A stretch of 63,685 bases of DNA, the filler included, from an uncultured archaeon (GTDB lineage Archaea; Iainarchaeota; Iainarchaeia; Iainarchaeales; 1-14-0-10-31-34), in NCBI GenBank assembly GCA_964442255.1. It is 4 parts of 4 records of this genome, joined end to end, with 100 filler letters (N's around TTAATTAATTAA, not from the genome) between each part and the next. Parts side by side here need not be neighbours in the genome. Positions count along the whole stretch, not along the records: positions 25,720 to 51,315 come from CAYTYC010000022.1; positions 51,416 to 61,895 come from CAYTYC010000031.1; 2 more parts are not named here. The stretch is one strand, 5' to 3'. A program made the position numbers and the translations under genes. Numbering within the stretch: the stretch's first letter is position 1; the number at the start of each line of letters is the position of its first letter. The notes under the pieces were generated by a model. It saw nothing but the letters and a program-made list of their open reading frames with translations. It was not told the DNA's origin and searched no databases. Below are positions 45,986 to 55,800 of the stretch, in pieces.

Positions 45986-47548
45986 TTAAGAGGCAATTAT
46001 TTTAATTGGCTGCCCAACCGGCTTTTCCGGGGTTTCTTCCGGCCCAGGCAAAGGGAAATGCGCTGCATTGTATGCCTTGAACACGTCAATTATCCCGTGT
46101 CCCATGAATTCGTCCCAGTTGTTTCCTTTTTCCGTAGACTGAATTATCGGGTCAATGTCTTTATGCGGGTTGGTGCTTGTTTTTGGTTTCGTGTTGCTTT
46201 CAATGATTTCCTTCACTTCCTCCGGCGCAAGACCCGGGTTTTTGTTTAGTATTATTGCCGCAAGAGATGAAACGTGCGGCGCTGACATGCTTGTCCCTGA
46301 AAACCAGGTGTAGTATTCTCCTCCGTTGCAGGTTAAATCCGCGTTTCCTTCTAAGGGGTAGCAGGAGTAAGTTGAAAGCACTCCTCCTCCCGGAGCCATT
46401 ACATCCAGCGCCTCTCCGTAATTGCTGAAGCACGCCCTTCTTCCGGCATTGGTTGTTTCATCCACGCATGCCTGTGTGCAGGTTCCGTTCAGGCAAAACC
46501 CTCTTTCGCCTATGTCGTCATGGTATACTGCGCCAACTGCGATTACTTTTGAGCCGCATGCAGGGCTGCTTACACCGGAATTTTCGTTTCCGGCTGAAGC
46601 CACCACCACTATTCCCTGCTCTACTGCCTGGTTTGCCTTGTCAGCCAGATATTCCCCGTCGCAGTGGCCGGGATAGTTTCCGCCTCCAAGGCTTAAGTTT
46701 ATTACGTCCATTCCGTTTTCAACAGCCCATTCAATTGCATTGGCAATGTCCCATGCATGGCAGTAACCGTCTTCATTGCATACTTTAAGTGAATAAATTT
46801 CCGGGCCAGAGTAAACGCCTTTCGCGTAATCAGGTGAAGGAAAACCGTATTCGTTTTCCACTTCAGTTAAGCCAAAGCCCGTGATTATCCCAATTACGTT
46901 TGTTCCGTGGCCTGCCCAGTCCAGCGGAGTCTGGTCGTGAATGTACCTGCAGCTTGTCTTTGCACTGCAAAACACTTCCATTCCTGCAATTGTTTCACTT
47001 ATCTCCGAATGGTTTGGGTCAACCCCTGTGTCAATTACCGCAATCTTAACATTGTTTTCAGCACCGGCGCCTGAAGTAGTGTGGGGAATTTTTTTTCTTG
47101 GCGGAGAGCTCCAAACTTTGTCCGCGTTAAGGAATTCCGCAGCGCTTAACCCTCTTACCCTGTAAATTTTGTCTTCTTCTGCCATTCCCTTTCGCACAAG
47201 GCTTTTTGCGGTGCGGGAATCGCATTCCATTGCAATTGCATCTGAAAGCGCACCAACAATCCTGCATTTTTTGGAGCTTAAATCATTTTTATATTTTAAA
47301 TTGTCTTGCCTTAAAATTATCCTTTCTTTTCTTTCCCCTGAAAACTTTTCAGTTAAAGGGGTTACCTTAACAATCTTTTTTTCAACTTTTTTTCCGTTTT
47401 CAATTCCCACGGCATTTACAATTTCAAATGAATTAAGCCTGAGTGAATTCAAGTTAAACGGATTTAACTTCGGGTTAACGGAAAAAGCAGAGGCGGTTCC
47501 GCTGAATAAAACCAGTGCAATCAAAACCGTAATCCATTCTTTTCCCAT
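45986..47548 (-). CDS. Secreted subtilisin-like S8 serine protease
   Basis: Catalytic triad motifs IDTG, GHGT, GTSMSAPHV; signal peptide. Confidence 0.93.
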   Translation of the reverse strand: MGKEWITVLIALVLFSGTASAFSVNPKLNPFNLNSLRLNSFEIVNAVGIENGKKVEKKIVKVTPLTEKFSGERKERIILRQDNLKYKNDLSSKKCRIVGALSDAIAMECDSRTAKSLVRKGMAEEDKIYRVRGLSAAEFLNADKVWSSPPRKKIPHTTSGAGAENNVKIAVIDTGVDPNHSEISETIAGMEVFCSAKTSCRYIHDQTPLDWAGHGTNVIGIITGFGLTEVENEYGFPSPDYAKGVYSGPEIYSLKVCNEDGYCHAWDIANAIEWAVENGMDVINLSLGGGNYPGHCDGEYLADKANQAVEQGIVVVASAGNENSGVSSPACGSKVIAVGAVYHDDIGERGFCLNGTCTQACVDETTNAGRRACFSNYGEALDVMAPGGGVLSTYSCYPLEGNADLTCNGGEYYTWFSGTSMSAPHVSSLAAIILNKNPGLAPEEVKEIIESNTKPKTSTNPHKDIDPIIQSTEKGNNWDEFMGHGIIDVFKAYNAAHFPLPGPEETPEKPVGQPIKIIAS

Positions 47549-47653
47549 AAAACCACGTTATGTATAATTTATTTCTTTTATAGATAATATGAATGTTGTT
47601 TTTTTTGGATTTAATTCTTTCCAGCCAGGTTTTTATACTTGAAAAGACATAGT

Positions 47654-48593
47654 TGTTACGTGACAGCGCTTATGACTCCGTTTTTTCGCTTGTTTCTATA
47701 AACTTGGTTGGGCGTTCTGTATTTAAGGCTTGAGTGTGGCGTGTTGTTGTATTCGCGCGTAAAGCGCGCCAACAACTGGTTGGCGTGGGCAATGCTGCGC
47801 ACAGTGTAGCGGGAGAGGTATTGCTTGATTTTTTTGACTACCGCTTCTGCTTTGCCGTTGCATTTTGGGTTGTGGACGCGGGTGCGAATGTGTTTGATTC
47901 CTTTGAGTTGTGCATCAAAGTTTTTGCGGTATTGGCGGCCGTTGTCTGTTAGCATGGCTTTGAATCCGCCTGTTTGTTTTCTGGCTAACCTGAGGTTGTC
48001 GAGAGTGTTTTCAAGCGTTGACCGCTCATACGCCTTTAACGCAAACAGTTTTCTGGAAGCGTCATCCTCGTAGAATGAAAAATAACAGCGTACTCCGTGT
48101 AAAATGCGTTTTCTGCTCCAATCAGTGTGCATTAGAGACAATGCGTGTTTTCGCTCATACCGGCGTACCTTTACTTTTGGTTTTGGTTGTTCAGGAAACC
48201 ATTTTTTCTTATAACGCTGTATTGTCCTCAAACAGCGTTTTTTGAGCTTCAACCACGTTAACGTAGTTGACAGGCCTTTTGATAAAAGAGCCTTCATTTC
48301 ATCCAATAACGGTTGAATGGTCTTGTTCCAAACCCGCTTTGCGGTCCGCTTAAAGCGCATAGGCTGGCCGGATTGTTTTCGTTTCTTTCACCGGCCAAGA
48401 GTCTTTCTTGGCACTTTTATTGCCTTTTCAAACGCTCGCAAGCTCATGTCGCCCGACATGAGCCTATCCGCAATCTTTTCAACAAAATCGCTACCATACT
48501 TCATAGGGAAAACCTCCATTCCACAAACAAATAATGGAGTTTTCCCCAAAAAAACCTATTTCACAGTGGGGACATATCCGCTGTCACCAAACA
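47654..48593 (-). mobile_element. IS481-family insertion sequence (940 bp)
   Basis: TGT...ACA ends. Imperfect TIR tgttacgtgacagcgcttatg vs tgtttggtgacagcggatatg. Flanks catagt / cttagt differ by one base. Confidence 0.88.
47656..48504 (-). pseudogene. IS481 DDE transposase with an in-frame TGA at 48388-48390
   Basis: GGAGG-preceded ATG at 48504 reads MKYGSDF...VPRKTLGR*KKRKQSGQPMRFK into the rve core (HTD, DDASR, TDNG, NGKAE, YNN..PHSSL). Confidence 0.82.
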
Positions 48594-49603
48594 CTTAGTC
48601 AATGTTCCGGGAATCTTCCTTTCCCAGCCCACGGTGCAGGTTAAAGTAAAGTCTGATGTTTTTGATTCCCCGAACTATGTGCAGTTTGTTCCGCAGGCCC
48701 TTTCCCAGCATGTGAGGCAGATTCCTGAAAACAGCGGTTACTTCCTTGAAAGCTATTACACCGCAACCGGAAAATACCTTAAGACCGAGCTTTACGGCTT
48801 TGATTCAATGGGAAGCAGTGTTCCCCTGCAAAACTCTTTGACAGGCTACGGGCTTGAAGCCGAGGGAGGGGCATTGAAGGGATTTGCGGAGAACGGGTCC
48901 CCTGAAAACCTGTATTTGGGGGTAACCTCTTACAATGAAAGCGCTTATTCCAGGCTTGAAATCATTACCCCGGACGGGGTTCCGCACACTTTTAACAGCG
49001 GAACAGACTTCTTCAAGTCCGCCTATTACCCTCCGTGGAATATCTGCTCAACTTCCTTCGCAAACAGGGTTATTGCCCCTCCGTGCCAAGTGGGGCTGTA
49101 CCAGATCCACTGGTTTGATTCGGGGCTGTTCAACTTTCGCGGAATCTTCACTTCATCCGCAATCTTCATTGTACCAGATCCACTGGTTTGATTCGGGGCT
49201 GTTCAACGGCGGCCCCTTTGAATTGCGGCAGAACGCCTACTTTGACGGCTCAACCTTTACTGTAATGTTGCCTCTGCCAACGCCTGACCCTGAATCCATT
49301 ATTGAAAACAGTTCCGAAAACCCGGTGGATGTCGAGGTAACACTTAAACTCCGGAAATATTCTTCGGACTGGGCCTGGCAGGACGTGGAAGTGTTTCTGG
49401 GCAATTCCCCGAAAACAATCCCAGCATACAACTTCCTGGACTTAACCGATTATTGGAATGTTTCACAGGGGCTGAATTACGGAAGCTACCGCGCGTACCT
49501 AAAGATTACCTCCGCGGATGGGGGGAAAATTGTGAGAACAAAAAACTTTAATGTCGTGAAACCAAAGTCCCAGGAAGAACCAATGGCTCCGGTTATCCCC
49601 TGA
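48594..49603 (+). pseudogene. Truncated, frameshifted gene for a beta-rich (surface-type) protein
   Basis: The frame is open right from the IS481 end. Track ORFs 48634-49191 and 48935-49603 fuse into one frame if the 73-bp unit at 49097-49169 is removed (...LYQIHWFDSGLFNGGPFELRQ...). Confidence 0.7.
49097..49207. repeat. Repeat-insert-repeat unit: perfect 38-bp direct repeats (49097-49134, 49170-49207) around a 35-bp insert
   Basis: tgtaccagatccactggtttgattcggggctgttcaac twice; insert tttcgcggaatcttcacttcatccgcaatcttcat. Confidence 0.9.
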
Positions 49604-49622
49604 CTTAGGGGAAATTTTTTCT

Positions 49623-50981
49623 TCAGTCAACAATCATTTCAACAGGCTCTGCCCTTCTCTCCGGCTTTTCTTCAGTTGCCGCGTTCACTGCTGCAAGTGC
49701 ATCGATTACCCCTGATCCGTAAAAGTCATCCCTTCCTGGTGCCCCCAAATCCCGTGCAGTGCTTTCAATTATTTCCTTTACTTCTGCTGGCGTAAGCCCG
49801 GAGTTTTTCTCTAAAACCAATGCAGCCAATGCTGCGACATGCGGAGATGACTGGCTTGTCCCAAACATCCAAGCATACCATACACTGCCGCAGTCTCCTG
49901 CTGCAATGCAGGAGTATGAAGAAAGAATTGCTGCCCCTGGCGCCATTACGTCCAATGCTTCCCCGTAGTTGCTGAAGCAAACCCTTTGATCTGGTTGGGT
50001 TGCTGCATCAGCGCAATTCCCGTAGTCTTGGCTGCCGATGTCCGCATGGTAAACTGCACCAACTGCAATAACCTTTGAGCCGCATGCAGGGCTGCTTACA
50101 CCGGAATTTTCGTTTCCGGCTGAAGCCACAACTATTGTGCCCTGCTCCACGGCCCAGTTTGCTTTTGCAGCCAAAGCGCTTCCGTCGCAGTGCCCTCCGT
50201 AATTGCCTCCTCCAAGGCTTAAGTTGATTACGTCTGCCCCTTGTGCTACTGCCCACTCAATTCCGGCTGAAACATCTGAAGTAAAGCATCCGGCATTTCC
50301 GCATACCCTTGCCGAAAGAATTCCTGCATTTGGGGCAACACCTGTTGCCCAATTAGGGGAAGGAAAGCCATAAGTGTTGGTTATTTCGTACACCCCGTTT
50401 GCTGTCACAATCCCAATTACATGCGTTCCGTGCCCGTCCTTGTCCTCTGTTCCGCCAGGGCCGCGGGCAAAATTGGCTTTTGCGATAATGCTGTCGCTTA
50501 TCTCTGGGTGTGAATCATCAACCCCACTATCCAAAACCGCAACCGTCACTCCTGTGCCGCGGATTCCTTTTTCGTTCCACACCCTTTCAGCGCGAATGTA
50601 AGCATCTGCGTTCAAATCATGCAGCTTAAGGAGTTCATCTTTTTCCGCTAAACCGTTCCCCAGCAATTCTTCAGCTGTTTTCGCTTCGCACGACAAAGCC
50701 AAGCCTTCAATCAGCCTGTGCACTACAGAGCATTTTCCTTCCATTAAAGCTTTTTCCTGTTCCAAGCCTGAAGCCTTGGAGAGTATCCGGATTTTTCCGT
50801 TTGAAGAAGCATAGGGAAAGGGCTGTCCAATTCTTTTTTCCAGCAGTTTTCCGTTCTTTACTTTGACTGCGTTAATTTCGTTGTGGTTTTTTTCCGCAGA
50901 AAAAAAGGCCAAGGCGCTTCCGGCCAATAAAAAGAACATCAACAGGAAAGCAATCCACGTTTTCTTCATGAAATCCGCCAA
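49623..50981 (-). CDS. Secreted subtilisin-like S8 serine protease (paralog)
   Basis: LDSG, GHGTHV, GTSQSSPHV; signal peptide. Confidence 0.93.
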   Translation of the reverse strand: MADFMKKTWIAFLLMFFLLAGSALAFFSAEKNHNEINAVKVKNGKLLEKRIGQPFPYASSNGKIRILSKASGLEQEKALMEGKCSVVHRLIEGLALSCEAKTAEELLGNGLAEKDELLKLHDLNADAYIRAERVWNEKGIRGTGVTVAVLDSGVDDSHPEISDSIIAKANFARGPGGTEDKDGHGTHVIGIVTANGVYEITNTYGFPSPNWATGVAPNAGILSARVCGNAGCFTSDVSAGIEWAVAQGADVINLSLGGGNYGGHCDGSALAAKANWAVEQGTIVVASAGNENSGVSSPACGSKVIAVGAVYHADIGSQDYGNCADAATQPDQRVCFSNYGEALDVMAPGAAILSSYSCIAAGDCGSVWYAWMFGTSQSSPHVAALAALVLEKNSGLTPAEVKEIIESTARDLGAPGRDDFYGSGVIDALAAVNAATEEKPERRAEPVEMIVD

Positions 50982-51191
50982 ATCCTTTTATAATTCTCTT
51001 CCACCGAAAGAATTTTATTTGTTTCCACTGCAAAGTAACAGCACAGCGGTTTCTTCGGAACCCCGCAAACTCGTTATAGTGAAACGCTTATGCATTTGAA
51101 CCATAAATTGCGTTTCACACACATATGGCAAACAACAATAAAAAGTTCAAAAACATAAGTTGTTCGCCATAGTTTGTCTTTTAAAGCAGTT

Positions 51192-51251
51192 TTAACAACC
51201 CAAAGAAATCCGCTGCCTTCAGGCAGCGGTTCGCGGATTTCTTCCCAAAAA
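51192..51251. repeat. Palindromic element family A (copy 2)
   Basis: ttaacaacccaaagaaatccgctgccttcaggcagcggttcgcggatttcttcccaaaaa, near-identical to 25451-25510. Confidence 0.85.
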
Positions 51252-51485
51252 GCTTTTTAGGAAACCTTGTAAATGCTTTGCGTCGTTAAAAAACCTTTCG
51301 GTTTTTTGACGCGTCNNNNNNNNNNNNNNNNNNNNNNNNNNNNNNNNNNNNNNNNNNNNTTAATTAATTAANNNNNNNNNNNNNNNNNNNNNNNNNNNNN
51401 NNNNNNNNNNNNNNNTGGACCCGGAGGGAATCAAAGAAACTTTTGGAAAAAGTTTCATCAAAAGAAACGATTCCCTGGCTTAAAT

Positions 51486-51578
51486 TGGACCCGGAGGGAA
51501 TCGAACCCTCAGTCTCAGCCTCTTCCGGAACTGGAAAAGCCCTGCGAAGGCCGTATGTTACCATTACACTACGGGCCC
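51486..51578 (-). tRNA. tRNA-Ala(CGC) with a 21-nt intron at 37/38 (intron 51522-51542)
   Basis: Acceptor GGGCCCG/CGGGTCC with the G3:U70 alanine identity pair; anticodon stem CGGCC/GGCTG, loop TT-CGC-A|A; BHB helix TTCG/CGGA; T-loop TTCGATT. Confidence 0.93.
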
Positions 51579-52702
51579 GGCAATATCCTGCCGGTTTCAC
51601 AAAATTCTTTGTATTTATCCGTGATTCGGGGATTGCTGCTTCCAATCAAGTCAAACCATTTGTGAATGTTTTTGATTCCTCTCACGCTGACACTTTCAGC
51701 GTGAATGAATGCTGGAATGCCCTGCTTCCGCAGAATCTCTTTTATTTGGCCCCTTAGCGGGGCGCTATATGATTTTATTGTGACATAAGGGTATTTATAG
51801 TTTTCATCTTTTCTTGCGTTAATATGGTCGTCAGTATCGAGAAACCCCCTTAACAAGGCATTAAGGTTCTCAACAGGCAGCTTTACCACAGCTTCCGGCA
51901 AAGCAAAATCTTTAGGTTTTTTCCCCACAGGATACCCTAACCTTAGCAACCATTCGTAAACAAATCGGCTTCTAACTGAAAGCTGCAGGGCATTATCCTT
52001 TCTAATAGTATCGGACATAAGTTTTGGAAACTTTTTGGTTTTTGGAACCTTGTTTTTTGCCTGCATTTTGGCAAACTAAAGCATTTCCTAATGTACAAAA
52101 GTTCAATTATTTATGTCCATGGCTATAACCCTTAAATATGGCTTAACCTTGAAGTTTTCTTTTATAATCAGGCCAATTCTCTTAATGTATTCCTCGTCTT
52201 TTGAAGCATTCCCTACAATCTGCGTGGGGTAAATTAACCTGCTTTTTTTCTCTTTTGCAAGATATTTTCCAGTGCAGCCATCCCCATACATGGCGCCAAG
52301 AAATTCGCACAAATCCAAGTTTTCTAAGGGGGGAGAGTTATAAGCCTCATTTCGTGCCGGTCTAATGTTATCCCTCACTTTTTTCATTCTTTCCTTTAAC
52401 TGCTCTTTAGAGAACTTAGATGCCAAAGAAATTCCCCCTTTTCTTTGGCCCCAGTTCTTATCCCGTAATTCTGCCTTGCCCAAAAAATGTTTCCGGCGCC
52501 CTTCATTCAAAAACCCCAATAACCTCAAAAAAACGGTTACACAAAGCGTTAATTCGCCCCGTCTGAAAGCCTTTAATGAAGTGCTGTTTGTTTTGACTCT
52601 CTCAACCAATTTTTTCCAACCACAGTAATCAGGCGAACTCTTAACCAACTGAAATAGCTCACCTGCATCAAATGCACTCAGTCTTACTCGCTTATCACGC
52701 AT
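51569..52702 (-). pseudogene. Stand-alone LAGLIDADG-family endonuclease-like gene split by a MITE
   Basis: Motifs EFLGAMYGDG and LLRGFLDTDD lie in two same-frame ORFs (52103-52702, 51569-52066). Removing 123 nt restores a 336-aa ORF. Confidence 0.82.
52006..52125. mobile_element. 120-bp MITE with imperfect 15-bp TIRs and a 3-bp TAA target duplication
   Basis: taa|tagtatcggacataa ... ttatgtccatggcta|taa. Excision gives the in-frame junction PYLR-V-RKDNAL. Confidence 0.8.
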
Positions 52703-52846
52703 TATGGAAAAAAGGCTTTGCCCTTTAAATTCGCGTTGAGGGGGCAGATTTCCACTGAAGCTGAAACTGAGCTATCAGCCCTTTTTTGAAACCCTTAAAG
52801 AGAATACTTTAATATATCTTTAAAACCTATTATTTTAGGGTTAACA

Positions 52847-55800
52847 ATGCCGGAAGAAGAAAAGCGGGCCCAGCCAAGGGAATTAAGCGAAGGGGAAAGA
52901 GTGAAAAAAGTGAAAGTGGTTGAGGACGTGGACCTGTTTGACGAGGTATTTGAGGGCAAAAAGGAAAGGCACGTGGAAGTGGATGAAAGCCTTCCCTCCG
53001 CTGAAAAAAACGTTAAAGCCCTAAAAAAACCGGAATCCCGGAAAAACGAGCCGGAAAGGACGCCTGAAGCGGAAGAAGATTTTGGGGGAGCAGGCAAAAA
53101 AGAAGAAAAGGAAGAGCCAAAAGAAAATGAAAAGGGTTTGCAGGAAAAAGGCGGAGGAGAAAAATGGGAAGACGAACCGGAATTAAAAGAAGACCGAAAA
53201 CCTGAAGGCGGCGATGAAAACGATTTAGAAGAACCCGAAAAAGGGGAAAACGAGCCAGATGAAGGGGAAAAAGAACCAGAAAAAGAAAAAAAGAAGCAGC
53301 TTTTAAGAAAGGAAGAAAAAATAAACAATTTGAAAAGGGTGAAAGTCAAAAAAAAGTCTGCAAAGGATTCGGTAAAGGGAATGGACGACGAGATTGCCGA
53401 AGAATTTAAGGGAGTTCCGTCCAAGGAAGAAATAAAGGAAAAGCTTGTTGAAAAGGCGTCCAAAGCCGCGGGGACTGGCCCGGAAATGGAGCCGGAACAG
53501 GACAACACCGTTCCCTTAAGGTTTTTGGAGGACAAGGAAAATCAAAACGTTTTCATTGGAATGAAGCGCGGGGTGTTCAATTCTTTCGGCGGAGACCAGG
53601 CGCTGCTGGTTGGAAAGCTGAAGGAACGCGGGGAAGGGGAAAGAAACGTTTTCCTCGATTCACTAAACCCGCACGTGGTGTTTGTGTGCGGTGCAAGGGG
53701 AAGCGGAAAAAGCTATGTTTTAGGGGTTATTGCTGAAGAGATGGCGCACAAAAACCCTGACGTGGGAATGCTGGTAATAGACCCCATAGGGGTGTTTTGG
53801 AGCATGCGCCACCCGAACCGGGAAACACGGGAATTGGAGGCATTAGGAAAATGGGGTTTGGAGCCAAAGGGAGTGGAAAACCTGAAAGTGTTCATTCCAG
53901 AGGGAATGAAAAACTCCGTCCCCGGAAACACTTTTGATTCAACGTTCTCCATTCCTCCCTCGCTTTTGACTTCAGAGGACTGGAGTTTAACATTTGGAAT
54001 GGAAAGGTTTGGCCCGACCGGACTGCTGTTGGACAAGCTCCTGAAAAAGGTTGAGCACGGCTACACAACAGAAGAAGGAAAAAATGTTAAAGGAAAAAAA
54101 GGCTCTTACAGTTTGAATGACATGATTCACTGCCTGGAAAACGACGCGGATTTGAATTCGCGGGAACGCGGATACAAAATGGATTCAATTCGTGCATTGG
54201 TTTCAAGGTTTGAGGCAGCGAAAGGCTGGGGAATTTTCAGCGAAAAAGGAACACCACTCAGTGAGTTAAGCCGCGCGGGGCAGTTAAGCATCCTTGACAC
54301 AAGCTTTCTGGAAGAAAACGTCACTTCATTGGTGATTGGAATAATTGCCAGACGAATTCTCGCGGCAAGAAAGCTTTCCACGAGAAGGGAGGCCGCCGAC
54401 AAATTCAAGTCAATGGAAATGGATGAATTACTGGAGTTAGAGATTCCCCCGACCTGGCTGTTCGTAGATGAAGCGCACACCCTCATTCCGTCGGGAACAA
54501 CAAAAACCCCTGCAACTTCTGCCCTTGTGGAATACGTTAAACAGGGGCGAAGGCCGGGATGCAGTGTTGTTTTTGCAACGCAGCAGCCGAGCGCAATTGA
54601 CACCAAAGTTTTAAGCCAGTTGGACGTTTTGCTTTGCCATAAGCTTGTGTTTGACGACGACATCAAGGCCGTGTTCAAAAGAATTCCCACAATTATTCCC
54701 TGGAAATACAAGAAAAGCAATTTCATCCGCTCCCTTCCAATCGGAACAACCCTTACAGGGGACAGAAGGGAAGAAACCAGCAGGGCTTTTGTGATGAAGA
54801 TTCGCCCAAGAATGTCTCAGCACGAGGGAAGGGACGCGGAAACTTTGCAGAAAATCAAGTCCCTTTCCCCTGAACAGGTGGAAAACCTTGCAAAAGGAAT
54901 GATTTTAAAGAAGGTGGAGGCGCAAGGCGAACTTGAAATGCCCACATTAAACCAGCTGGTTGAAACCCTTTCCTCCAAATACAAGGCAAAAGCCCAGTTA
55001 TCCAATGTGCTGGACTTACTGGAGGAAAGCGGGTTAAGTGTGGACGACAAAAGGGTTTTCCTTTCAGGGGAAGAAGAGGGAGAGCCTGAAGAAGATGAAG
55101 AAGAAGAGGAAGAGGAAATGGAGGGCGGAGAGCCGGAAGTCTACGGGGAAGAAAACGAAGCTGCCCCAAAATCCGAGGCGGAACTGCTTGTGTTTGCCCC
55201 CAAGATTGACGCAAAAATGGCTGAAAAAATCGCGGGCAAAAGCGTGGACAAAAAGTTTTTGTTTTTCGGCGCAAAAGAGAAGGTAAAGGAAGTCAAATTG
55301 GTGCACAGGAAGGTTTACAAGATTGAATTCAATGAATTCAACACCAAAAGCGAGTACCTTCCCAGGGCGTGCTATGTGGACTCCTTTTCCGGCGAATTGT
55401 TGCATTTTGTGGACGGGGCGTTTGTTTTGTCCAAGGGCTTCAGCCGCACTTCGGCTTTGAATGCGGATGAAATGCGTGTGCTGAAGTATTTGGTTCAGCA
55501 CAAGAAACTTCCAGCGCGAATTGACAGGGAGCTGGACTTGAATGAAACGAAGGTGAAAACTGTTTTGGACAGGCTTGCGGAAAACAATTTCGTGAAAAAG
55601 GAATCCAAAAACAAGGTTTCAACTTATTACTTCAACAACGAGGTTGAATTGCCGTTAAGCGCTTCCCATTCCGTGCTTTCTTCATTGGATGCGCTTTCCT
55701 TAACGCAACAGAGTTCGGTGGAAGCGGAGCCCGAAGTTTTTGAACGCACTTCAATCACAAAAACCTTGAACAGGTTTTTTCCGAACACGGTTGTGAAAAG

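Noticed and set aside
52006..52125. Protein-gene BHB intron as an explanation for the LAGLIDADG interruption
   Set aside because: The terminal pairing forms a symmetric internal loop rather than a bulge-helix-bulge. TIRs plus a TSD fit a MITE better.
52739..52762. ORB-like sequence (ttcagtggaaat on the minus strand)
   Set aside because: Single copy, lacks the G-string and is not near cdc6. Insufficient for an origin call.
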